64,000 bases of DNA from positions 8,246,001 to 8,310,000 of the forward strand of contig JBHGNT010000014.1 in the NCBI GenBank assembly GCA_043228905.1. Direction: 5' to 3'. Each line of letters opens with the position of its first letter. Within the stretch, counting starts at the first letter, position 1. The position numbers and the translations under genes are program-made. This document shows, one piece after another, positions 23,301 through 33,976 of this stretch. The stretch comes from Azolla caroliniana. Its lineage: Eukaryota; Plantae; Polypodiophyta. Under the pieces are notes generated by a model. It was given only the letters and a program-made list of their open reading frames with translations, was not told the DNA's origin and did no database searches.

Positions 23301-24784
23301 TTCCAAGCTGCCCCTCCCCCTTCTTCTTTGCTGTATACAATACAACTTTTTTCTTTGAATCGACATATTGCATACACCATTCCTTGTCCGTTAGATCTCG
23401 GTCAGGAAGGTCTTCACCTCCAGTAGCGGCGACAAGTTTCTTTTGGCTAACATCAATATGTGGTTGAGATTTTGTCTCTTCGTTGAAGAGAAGCTTTTTT
23501 CCTCTCTTCATGGTCTCAGGAGCTACCTTGGTCTGGGCTTCAATTGGAGAACCCTGTATGCGAAGCTTTATTTTCTTCACGGGTCTTCACGGGTCGGTCC
23601 GACAGGTTCTCAAACGACCTATTTAAGAAAGTATATGCAAAAACATAAGTTAGGTGGTCACGTAGATTAAGGTTGTATATTAAAATATAAATATTAAGAT
23701 GAAGAACAGTTCTCACTAGCAATCCTATATTCAAAAATCTATTCTAGGCAGGGCTATTCAAACTAGAAAATATATATCGTAATAAGTAAACAGGGTTATA
23801 TATTCTTTTAAAGAGTAGGTATGACTTATATAGATTCCAAACCTATATTGAGGAGAATTTGCTATCGTAAAGGCAATTTGTGGATCATTTTCTACTACTT
23901 TAAGCTAAAGTAGGTCATAAAACACCTATAATTAGGGCATGTTTTTTTTAAAAGTAAGGAAAGTCAACATAAAAAAGACTGATTTTGACAGACAAATTGA
24001 TATCTTTTCCACACAATAATTAATTGTTACCCCAAAAACACAATTTTTCTCTCTCAGAGCCTTCTTTTATACAGGAACTCGATACGGCGTATCGAGTTCC
24101 TGTTTAAATCCTAAACTTTAAACGGGAACTCGATACGCTGTATCGAGTTCCTGTGCTTTCTTTGCTTTTTAAACAGGAACTCGATACGGCGTATCGAGTT
24201 TGTGTTTAAAACCTAAACTTTAAACACGAACTCGATACGCCGTATCGAGTTTGTGTTTAAAATCCAAACTTTAAACGGGAACTCGATACGGCGTATCGAG
24301 TTCCCATTTAAAACCTAAACTTTAAACACGAACTCGATACGCCGTATCGAGTTCATGTTTAAAATCCAAACTTTAAACGGGAACTCGATACGGCGTATCG
24401 AGTTCCTGTTTAAAGTTTAGGTTTTAAACGGGAACTCGATACGCCGTATCGAGTTCCTGTTTAAAACCTACACTTTAAACACGAACTCGATACGCCGGTT
24501 TAAAACCTACACTTTAAACACGAACTCGATACGGCGTATCGAGTTCGTGTTTAAAACCTAAACATTAAACAGGAACTCGATACGCCGTATCGAGTTCCTG
24601 TTTAAAAAGCAAAAACAAATTATGAACTCGATACGCCGTATCGAGTTCCTGTATAAAGTTTGTATTGTATACAGGAACTCGATACGGCGTATCGAGTTCT
24701 TGAGCGACGAAACATATTTACAAAAATGTCCACAGTGTCAGAGGCCTACCTAGAGTCCTCACGCTCGATTCTCTTTGAAGACAT
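20382..24784 (-). pseudogene. ParB/Srx-like domain fused to a beta-class N4-cytosine/N6-adenine DNA methyltransferase, about 974 aa reconstructed; exons 24784-24750, 23618-21971, 21894-21756, 21672-21206, 21117-20825, 20734-20382
   Basis: GT-AG introns join in frame. ParB-like core: VPFIVMVD..YFVIGGSHSAEARRQ..IYVGLTTEEAKLLAWDHN. MTase motifs in beta order: VCGDVVDLI, LMIADIPYG (IV), LAWIKTN..E, NPYQKP..LM.RLIEMFS.EGDWILDLFSGIGTT..CAL...RN..ALEKD (X, I, II). Disabled by a 10-bp duplication at about 23575-23594, TAG at 21024-21026 and TGA at 20556-20558. Confidence 0.85.
24068..24702. repeat. Array of 13 palindromes GAACTCGATACG[G/C]CGTATCGAGTTC with AT-rich linkers, 51-bp period
   Basis: Centres at 24087, 24138, 24189, 24240, 24291, 24342, 24393, 24444, 24495 (right arm deleted), 24534, 24585, 24636 and 24687. 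Linkers are mostly TTTAAAACCTAAACTTTAAA. Confidence 0.97.
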
Positions 24785-24917
24785 GGTTGATCGTGTGGCA
24801 GTGGAGGCGGAGATCGCGCTTTGGTGCTTTGTGCTCTGTGTGCTCTGTACGTTCTGTGTGCTCTGTACGCTCTGTACGCTCTTGTGAGTGAAATATGACG
24901 AGGTCTTCCTATTTATA
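24785..24917 (-). promoter_or_regulatory. Putative TATA box and 5' UTR of the ParB-MTase gene
   Basis: TATAAATA on the minus strand at 24910-24917, about 125 nt upstream of accATG at 24784. The interval holds about six 9-bp repeats (plus-strand GTGCTCTGT/ACGCTCTGT). Confidence 0.55.
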
Positions 24918-25618
24918 GGGATTGACCACATTGGTTAAAGTAACCATAGTCACCTTAACCAAGGTTGGTAAGTTTGAGGATAGTTAGTTGGTAACCACAG
25001 TCACATTAACTAGAGTAACTTATGATTGCATTAATGATTACAAAGTCAAACTAACATATTGATCAATCTTTTATAGTCATAACAACCTGCAATGACTTCA
25101 AAGGTCATGAAGGAGACAATGATAGAGGTTCATGAATGTACCAATGATTGATTACTAAAAGCAACAATGTTTATGACTCTCAAATGCTGTGTATTAAAGA
25201 TGTTGGCATGAATTAACCAATGATTGATATGTCTAATATTTAAAATGGTGAGCATTAAAGAACCAATGAGTGAGACGTTCTATATCAAAATGGGTGCCAT
25301 TAATTAGCTAATGATTTTAACATTAATCCAACATATTCATGGCTTGTTAATGATTAGATTTATATTATACTTGATTTAACTTCATATAGATGTAGTTTAT
25401 ATAATAATTGATATTTTAAGTACAATTACTTTATTAAAAATAAATTTTTGATGTATTGTATTAATAGAATATTACATAATATAGACATTCTATTGATTTG
25501 GCTTTTGTTTAGAGAGAAGTTTATGTTTAGAGAGGAGTATATGTTTAGAGAGGAGCTTATTAGTTTTTTTCCTTACCCTAAGCACATAACTTACAGAGCC
25601 CTATCTAGACCTTAAGCC

Positions 25619-28399
25619 ATGAGTGAAGATTCACCGTTCTTGATTGAAGAATATTGTTTGTCATCAGACTCATCGTTTTCTACTAAAGAGTATTGTTTGT
25701 CAACAGAGTCACCATATTCGATTGAAGAATATTGTCTGTCGACCGACTCACCATATTCTATCGAAGAATATTGTCTGAGCTCATCTACAGGGAATGTAAA
25801 TAATGACACATGTGAAGAGTTCTCTATTGAAGAATACGATATTAATAAAGATAAGGAGAATGAAGGTAGTGCCTAGGAAACATTGAATAACATTGGCGAT
25901 GGTCACAACAGAGAATTAGACTGTAACAAGGTTACACCAACCTCTATGCAGGAAGAGAAATCTGGGAGCCCTATTCATATTAGAAGAATCCCACGAAGAA
26001 TTCGTCTAGCTAGATTTAGCTTGGTGACATCAGATAAACATATTGAATTTGATGTCAAAAAAAAAAGTTGTGCCCGTGGTTGTATGTCTATGATTGGAAA
26101 ATCAAAGTTGCGAGAATTAAGGCGATACTATTTTTCGATGACCGGTGATGAGCAAGACACTTACCTTGGGTCACATATGCAACTAGTATCTGACAAATGT
26201 ACGGGGATCAAAGTATCATTCGAGTATTATATCTTCCATGCGCAACAGATATGTAGAGTTGCATTCAAAATTGCGTTATGTGTTAGTAACATGCGACTAC
26301 ATAGAGTACAACAACGTCTACTTAGTGGGGATTAGATGATCAATTGTAAAGAGGTTCCAAGTATGAAAGGTGCAATTGGAAGACATGCTATTGGTTGGAT
26401 GAAAACTTACTTTCAGTTAAATTGTGAAGTAATGCCCACTACAGGTAGGATGCATCTTTCTGATAATTATACACGTCGGGAAGTTTATGATGTCTATCGA
26501 TCTGATATGCTGGGCTCACGTAATAAGTCTATCACCTATAGCCAATTCACAAGATTATGGAGAGCTCAGTTTTCAAATGTTATTATTCCTCGTAAAGTAC
26601 GTATGGGGTATTGCTCCATTTGTGCAAATCTTAAAAGTTTGGCTAAAGGTGCAAAGACATAAATGGAAAAGGATACGAGTAAGAAGTTACTACAAGAGCA
26701 TCGTGAGGCACAATCCTTAGAACGAAAGAAGGTGATGCATCATAGAGAGAAGTGTTTGAAGAGGCCCGAACAATACATGTGCTTAATGATAGATGGCATG
26801 GACCAGAAGAAGACATGCTTGCCGCATATGCGGAGGCTCCCCAAAGATGTCAATGATGAGTGCCTTGTTCAAATGCACTTGGTGGGATGCTTGGCTTATA
26901 ATAGGTCTGTTCGACCTCACGTCTTCATTACTTACCCCAATGTTCACAATGACCCTAACCTAACAGTTACAATGATTCACCGAGTTTTGATGTCTTGGGG
27001 CCAACCTTTCCCCCTTGTTCTATACATTCAATTGGATAATACTGCTAGAGAGAACAAAAATTCAACTGTATTTGGCTATCTAAGTATGTTGGTCAACCTA
27101 GAATTGTTTAGGAAAGTGAAAGTCAATTTCCTTTTGGTTGGCCACACACATGACCATATAGATAAGATGTTTAGCACATTCTCCAGACAGTTGTCTCGGC
27201 ATGATGCTTTCACTTTACCTAAACTATTTGATGTCATTTGTAATGCTTATACACCACGCCCAAAAGTGTTACACTTGAAGGAGGTATATGACTTTAAGAG
27301 ATATATATTAGATGGGGGTGGTGGGAATGTTAAAGTGCTTGCTCAGTTAAACAATATAAGTTTCAATCACATTTTTATGATAAAGAAAAATGGAATAAGT
27401 GGTTCTACACTTTTGTATGCTAAACAATATTCATCTTCTACAACATGGGAACCTGAAGGTGGTTGCCAGTTATTACTTTGTATGCCGAGTACAATTGTCC
27501 ATGGAGCTAAGCAAATGCCAATTGAGAAGAAAGGACAGTTGCAGAGTGACTTGGTATCAGAACAAAAATGGTCATGGCTCCAAGCCTTAAAAGAAAAAAG
27601 AAAGCATATTGAGGCCACCAAGAAATATGCCGCACAACAAGACACGTCATGGTGGGATGTATTTTATAGTGATCAGAAAGAAATTATAGACAATTGTGTA
27701 TTTGTTGATAATTGGAATTTGGAAACGCCATTCACATGGTCGCTGCAACATGATCGCGCAAATAGAACTCCGGAGCAACTAGTAAATGCGATTAATGACA
27801 GCTTGGTCCATCCACAACAAAGAGACATTTATGTGGGACCAAGGATGACCAAAGCAGCCGAAGCTAGATGGCAAGGCAATTTGCAAGAGCTCACCGCGGG
27901 GATGTTGATTGCAACGCCGCCTGATGAGAACTCACATGGCCACCAATTTTGGGTTGGTAAAATTCTAGAAGTGCTAATGCATGAAATAGAAAACACGATC
28001 AAGTCTATAAATGTTCATTGGTACAACACTAGAAGTGCAAATGCTTTTACAGGTAAGTATACATTGGAGATGATTGAATGCCCAACAAGAAGGGGAGGTA
28101 GGAAGAGGAAGCGAAACATTCGTAACACCTCGACCCTTGATATCTCTAATGTGGATATCATCGTGTACGACTTCACACTTACAAAAGCCGGACGATTAAG
28201 GAAGTCAACAATAGATATAATAAAAGAAAAATAACCAGGTGTACAAGGTGGCTCGAGTCAAAGGCAAACGAGATCTGCTACATATAATCTAGAGTCAAAC
28301 CATTTGGTTTATGACGAAGATAATGCACTGACTGGTACATCCGAGGATGATGAGGAGGAATCGTCATTGTATATTAGTTATAGTAGTGATTCTCCGTAA
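25619..28399 (+). pseudogene. Sola-like DDD transposase with in-frame stops
   Basis: ORFs 25619, 25883, 26336 and 26663 plus a tail to 28399 are all in one frame, broken by stops at 25874, 26333, 26660 and 28232. Cys motifs CARGC, CRVAF, CEVMP and CSIC. RNase H-fold catalytic motifs MIDGMDQKK, YIQLDNTARENKN and VGHTHDHIDKMFS. The superfamily call rests on remembered motifs and the 4-bp TSD. Confidence 0.8.
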
Positions 28400-28721
28400 A
28401 GGAGTGATCATGAATGTATATTTGGCTATTAAGTGTAACTACATTCCGCTTGTAACAAATCGAGTAATATAAAAGCATGTGTTTTGAATTCTTATGATTT
28501 CTAAAAAATCGTTTCTTATAAAATAACATTGGTTGTAAAGTTTGTGATATAAATTGAGAATGTATCTTTTTGAAATTCGTCTTTTTTTAGTTACTTCTAA
28601 ATCACGAAAATAGTGGATTTTTAACCTTTTTCATAGTATGTTTGAACATGTATGATACTGGTATCAATGTGTTTTGTAAAATCATTGAAAAACCCCTAAA
28701 ATTTCCCTTATCCTTCCATTT

Positions 28722-28757
28722 ATGCGCGATCCTTCCACTTGTGAACGTGAACGTGTT
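28722..28757 (-). repeat. Right terminal inverted repeat (36 bp)
   Basis: Reverse complement of 19336-19371 at 34 of 36 positions, followed by TTTA. Confidence 0.85.
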
Positions 28758-29387
28758 TTTATCATTCTCGAATGATTGAAACATTCGTGAATGTGAATGC
28801 ACGTATGATACGTATGGTTCATACTATGTGCGGAATTATATGTGAGGACCTACAAGAAGATGTGTACAACAAGAAACACAGATAGATTTATAGATATGCA
28901 AGAAGGTAGAAGATAAGATAGACACAATTCAACTCTAATGGAGGCTATGTTATTCTCTTATGTAAAACTCTCTCTCACACACAATGTTATAGTTGGGCTT
29001 ATATATACAAAAGCCCTAACTTGATGACGTATTCACACATAGGATACAAGATGGAAGGAGTCAGCCTTTTATGCCAACAAACTCCCATGTAAAAGGACTA
29101 CTCTATCTATGTATAAAATCAATTTCGGTTATCTCCCCCGTAAACCTAGATTACAAATCTAAACTATAGTTACAAGTGCATACATACAAGTCTGTCGGCA
29201 TCTAGTCGGCATCTAGTCGGCATCTAGCCTAATTTGGCTAGTCATCTAGATCATTTATTATCTAGGTCAGCCGGACTAGGTCGGTTGGATTCACTGGCTC
29301 AAATCGGCTTGCGTCTGACTCTCAACTTCTAGTCGATCATCTGCATCCCGGTCATGCTAGCTAGCATGCTCTCCACTAGATCCTCGA

Positions 29388-30259
29388 TGTTGAGAAGCAA
29401 GCTCAACATGGGCTGAATTGGCTAAATAAGCTGAGAGCTAGATCGGATGAGGACCGATCAGCTAGGCCCAAATTGGCTGAATAAGACAAGAGCCTGATTG
29501 GATGAGGACCGATCGGCTAGGCTTAGATCGGCTAAAGAAGCCGGGAACCAGATCGGCTGGGATCTGGTAGGTTGTGAGAGGGCTACGCTCCTATTTTAGT
29601 AGGTAGGAATAACTTTAGGAGTTATTGTCAAATGCTCTTACGAGAGCATTAAAATACTGACAATACTTGTTGTGTCAGCTCGCTATTAGGGCTTGTATAA
29701 AAGTGCTCAATGAGCACATTGTGTACAGAGAACATATTATTTTTTAATAGAGTTTTTAAGTCTTCTACTCTCTCTATCTCTCTCTTGCTCAATTACTGTG
29801 TATCTTCATTGTCTCTGTGTTTACACTATTGATATGTGGCTAAGCCGATTGTGTTCTCTTTTAACTTCCGCACGTAATATTTACATGGTATAAGAGCGCG
29901 AGGGTTAAGAATCCTCAACTGTCAACAAGCGCTTCAGCACAGACAAGCTCTTACTCCTCAGACAAGTACAAACAAGAAAAATGGACAAAGGAATGGGTGG
30001 TGCGCTTTTGATAGAAAACTTGGACAGGAGCAACTATGCATCTTGGGAATACAAGATGCACCAATACGTGTTCGGGCATGGCTACTTCAGTTACATCCAT
30101 GGAGAAAACGAGGTAGCACCAAAGTCGGCACACAAGGATTTTCCGGTGTGGGAGCAGGCAACAAGTAGAGTCTTGTATTGCCTTGCATCTTGTTTGCGCG
30201 ATCAGATGCTTGCCTACATTCGAGATGCAAAGATGCCAAAGGAGGCCCGGGAAAATCCA
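29388..30259 (+). mobile_element. Copia 5' LTR (29388-29885), PBS and truncated gag, same family as 505-1639
   Basis: TGTTGAG...TTTACA, then TGGTATAAGAGC. Gag LDRSNYASWEYKMHQY..GHGY is interrupted at 30260. Confidence 0.75.
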
Positions 30260-30619
30260 TGTGTACGTGTCGGATTGGGCGGGACCATCGGAACCTTGAA
30301 CTAAGGAGCCAGAGAGAGACCACAAAGCCCGTTGTGACTATCCGGTTCGATTTCTGGATCTCCTAACTGAGTGCACAGGCTCGTAAAACCAATATCTGAT
30401 CTGATACTGTGGTCAGATTCTAGAAAGTGGAGCACATAGGCTCGCAAACATAATGAGTAAACGTAGAACGAAGGAGGAGAGGAGGCCCTCTTGGTGTCAG
30501 AAATAGAGAAATGAATGTAGACCCAGCACAGAAAAGGAATTGGATACAACAAACCAAGAATAAATTAACAAACAAGGAGGAATACAACCAGACTCGTTCG
30601 GTGATAGAACTTCGAGTTC

Positions 30620-30660
<41 letters not shown>

Positions 30661-33419
30661 GTGACCCTCTGGTCGGGAGCACACATGGTTCCTATGTGAG
30701 TAGAGACCTCACCTTCCCTAACCAAATGCATAGAGTAGAAAACCGAAAACTCAGAGTATAAACCGAGAGTGTCTTCCCTTCCAAAATGATGGATCCCCTA
30801 AACTAGTTTCAATCCTCTCCCTTTATAGCACAAGGAGAGATCGTTACATCCATAATAAAGCAACTGTTTCTGTCAGAGTTTCTCTCTTAGATTTCCTTCC
30901 ATCGCATCCTATTATTCCCCTTTTTTTGAGGGATCATAAAGTACCTATTCAATACTCCCTACCTTGTATGTATTGGTCCTAGGTTATTTACAATAGTTCT
31001 ATACAAGATCCCCTTTTTATGTGCATCTATGCACACCCTTGTTCACACGCGAGCGACGACTTTTCTTCTAGTAACCGGAGTCCTCCACGACATCCACCCC
31101 CACCAAACCACACATCCTCTGGCATGTGCTAGATAGTGAAGTAGTTGAGTTTCCGGTTCAACCCCTACTCGTCATCCTTCGATCCGTTGCCGAACTAGTC
31201 CTCCTCTGGCTCCTCATCCTCTTTGGTGTCCTCGTCCTCCACCTCTGGGTCCGGTTCCACCACTAGTCGCTTCTTGAAGGCTTTTATCGGCTTCCCCATG
31301 ATCGGTACCACTATCCTCGTCCCGTCGAGCTCCGCAAGGTGATACGTGGCATTGACATTGGTGCTCTTCACCACATACAACCAGAACCACCGCATGGCAA
31401 ACTTCCACATCGACCGACGCTGGTTGTCAAGGCTACTGTTGTAGACCAACACCCAATCGCCTTCTTCTATCTTCCTTGGCCGCAGTCGGTGCGTCCGGTC
31501 GAACCATCCCTTATTCTGCAGCCTCACTTCCTTTACATTCACCTTTGCTCACTCTATGTCCTCCAACCTCCTCTTGAGTTTAGGGCAGCAAGTCACGAAG
31601 TGGTGCATGTCACTATACATTCCTAAATGTGAGTATCTCTCCTTGAGCTTTTCGAATGTGGCCCATTTCCCCCGATGTCTAGACCAAGGACTCTCATGAA
31701 ATTCAACCAACAGAACTGACTGGTCCTCCTTCCGTGTAACCACATGGGGTGGCGTGTCTCTTCTGCTTCTTCGTATGACTCCAGATCAACCCATCCCTCA
31801 GGAAGAATTTGTATGCCTTCTTTCGGACTTGACCTACCTCCCCCTTTGTGAAGATGCATCCAACGCCATCGTGCTTAGGAACCTCCCGATCAAAAACTAC
31901 TCCCTATCGTAGTCATCTTCATTAAACGCATGTAGGGTCGGAGTGCTTAGCTTGTTCATTGACAGCCGAGCCGACTTGAAGAAGTCCATGGCCTTCTTCG
32001 TCTTCCGATACCATGTCGGCCTCTCCTTCGAACCTACTCTTGATAGCATATCGGCCATTGTATTATCCTTCCCAAAAAAGTGTCGAATTTCCGGATTCAG
32101 GGACTTGATGTATGCGATCCATTTGAGCATTGCCAGATACAAAGTCGTGCATCCAGATATCATCCCGATTATCGAGAGATAGTCCATTAAGTAGTCCTTG
32201 TCGTCCTTCATCGCAGAAATGATACCCTACAACTCCTGTTTGACTTTGGTGTATCCTCGTTGTTGCTTGCTCAAAACCTTTGCGCTCAACCGGATGGTGA
32301 ATCTTGTTTCGCCTTTGTCCTCCTGGTTGATTACCCATCCGATTCCAATTGAACTCATGTTAACCATTACACATATTAGAGCACCCTTTCCATAGACTGC
32401 CTTCCAGAGAGCTGGTGCCACCATCAGCATTCCCTTTAGCCTCCACATCGCCTCCGAGTGCTCTTTGCCACATTCAAATTTCCGCCCCTTCTTTAGCAAG
32501 CCATAGAGTGGCTTGACAACATGCGTGTAGTGGGGAATCCAAATGTGGTAGAAGGGACATGCTCCTAGGAATCGTTGGACCTCCGTGGTCATCCTGCTTA
32601 CTTCCTTCATTGTCAAGATCTCCTCTACCTTAGCCGGAGATGGTTTCCGACCGTAGGGCCCGCATAGGTGTCTGACCACCAAGATCTCTGATTGTTCGAA
32701 TATTGACTTCTTCCTTGAGTCGTGCCCCATCTAGCCTCTATAGTATCCTCTTGTAGTCGGAGATGTGGTCCGCCACGAACTTCTGACACCCATCCTCCTC
32801 GATCGACTCGTCCTTCTAATCCTCCAGACATCCCTTTATCGGGATGTTGTCTAGGAATGGCATGGCAATATCCGGCATGCAATCCCTCAGAACCTTGTTC
32901 ATCACATTCTCCGTGTGTGCCACCGAATTCATCCCTCCTTGCGGCTAGGTACACATCCGAACTAAGTCAAGAGGGGTCTGCATCATTGTGATGTCCTGGC
33001 TTTCAATGACTAATTGGAACTAGTCATACCCCGAGTATAAGTCGCCGACCGAGCAGATCGACCTTTCAGCGAAAGCTTATGTAAACTCATCAATGGTTGG
33101 CCCAACTCATGCATTCCGAATTGTCACCTTATTGATAGGTTGCAGGTCTTGTATGAAGCATAACGTGTTGTTCTTCTTAGACACAATAAACCACTAATTC
33201 GAATACGGGACACTTGACAGTTCGAGGATCCTTATCTCAATCTTCTCCTCGAGCAACTCCATCAACTTTGGGATGTGAGCTCTCGGCATTGGAATCGAAT
33301 TTAGGTTACACGGTACATGCGGTACAATGAATATTACCATCGGTTCGATGATGGTTGGGTCGACGTACCCGACTTCCTCCGGCTTTGTCCTTCTTGACTC
33401 TACTAACGTCACCGCACAT
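30260..33419 (-). mobile_element. Degenerate Ty3/gypsy (same broad family as 59068-64000): 3' LTR 30260-31047 plus pol fragments
   Basis: TGTG...CACA LTR. Pol fragments HLCGPYGRKPSP, FLGACPFYHIWIP, WIAYIKSLNPEI and RLRPRKIEEGDWVLVY match the 1155-aa pol at 59868-63335. Confidence 0.85.
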
Positions 33420-33976
33420 TGTCGTGGTGTGGTGTGTGCAGTGTGAGAAAAAGCGAAGTTCCACACACATCTCATGAAATAATATATAAATAAATAAATA
33501 CTAATAACAATAAGTAGGTTATAGTAGCTTAATGGTTAAGGCTTATAAGTATATGTAGAGAGGTGTGGAGTTTGAGTCTCTATTGCTACAAATAAAGGAG
33601 TATTTTGCTCCCCTTCCATTTTTTGTGATAAAGGAAATAAAAAAAAAGCATGTAATGTTAAAATAGGCGCCTCTTTCCTCTATAAGATGGGAGGAATAGG
33701 GCTTATTATAGGTCACCCATTTTGTCGTAGGGGTGTACCACTAGGGTTTCATCTTCTTCTCCTCTTCTTCTTGGGTTAGGATTTTGTAGCCTCCCTTTCT
33801 CCTTATCACTTTCTCTTTCATCTTTTCCTTTATCCCTTTTTCATCTTCTTCTCCTCTTCTTCTTGGGTTCGGGTTTATAGCCTCCTTTTCTCCTTATCCC
33901 TTTCTCCTTCTTCTTTTCCTTCTAGGGTTAGGTTTGAGAGCTTCTTCTTTTCTCCCCTTGAGTCTTGCCATATCAT
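33420..33976. mobile_element. Partial LTR (TGTCGTG start) with an internal pyrimidine-rich duplication of about 90 bp
   Basis: Starts TGTCGTG like the other Ty3 LTRs. TCATCTTCTTCTCCTCTTCTTCTTGGGTT occurs at about 33749 and again at 33841. Cut by the copia at 33977. Confidence 0.55.

Larger units (their letters stand above)
19336..28757. mobile_element. 9.4-kb TIR DNA transposon (Sola-like DDD transposase) carrying a ParB-like/DNA-methyltransferase gene and a palindrome array
   Basis: 36-bp inverted termini: AACACGTTCGCGTTCACAAGTGGAAGGATTGCGCAT (19336-19371) matches the reverse complement of 28722-28757 with 2 mismatches. TTTA lies on both flanks (19332-19335 and 28758-28761). The termini enclose two divergent genes. 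Confidence 0.85.

Noticed and set aside
20382-23618. Bacterial contamination or misassembly as the source of the ParB-MTase
   Set aside because: The gene has five GT-AG introns and lies between TIRs, contiguous with plant sequence.
24068-24702. CRISPR array (palindromic repeats at constant spacing)
   Set aside because: The linkers are near-identical AT-rich sequences rather than unique spacers, units alternate in orientation, there are no cas genes, and the context is eukaryotic.
24660-24887. 75-aa plus-strand ORF next to the array
   Set aside because: It is derived from the palindrome and 9-bp repeats and is antisense to the predicted first exon. No protein motif.
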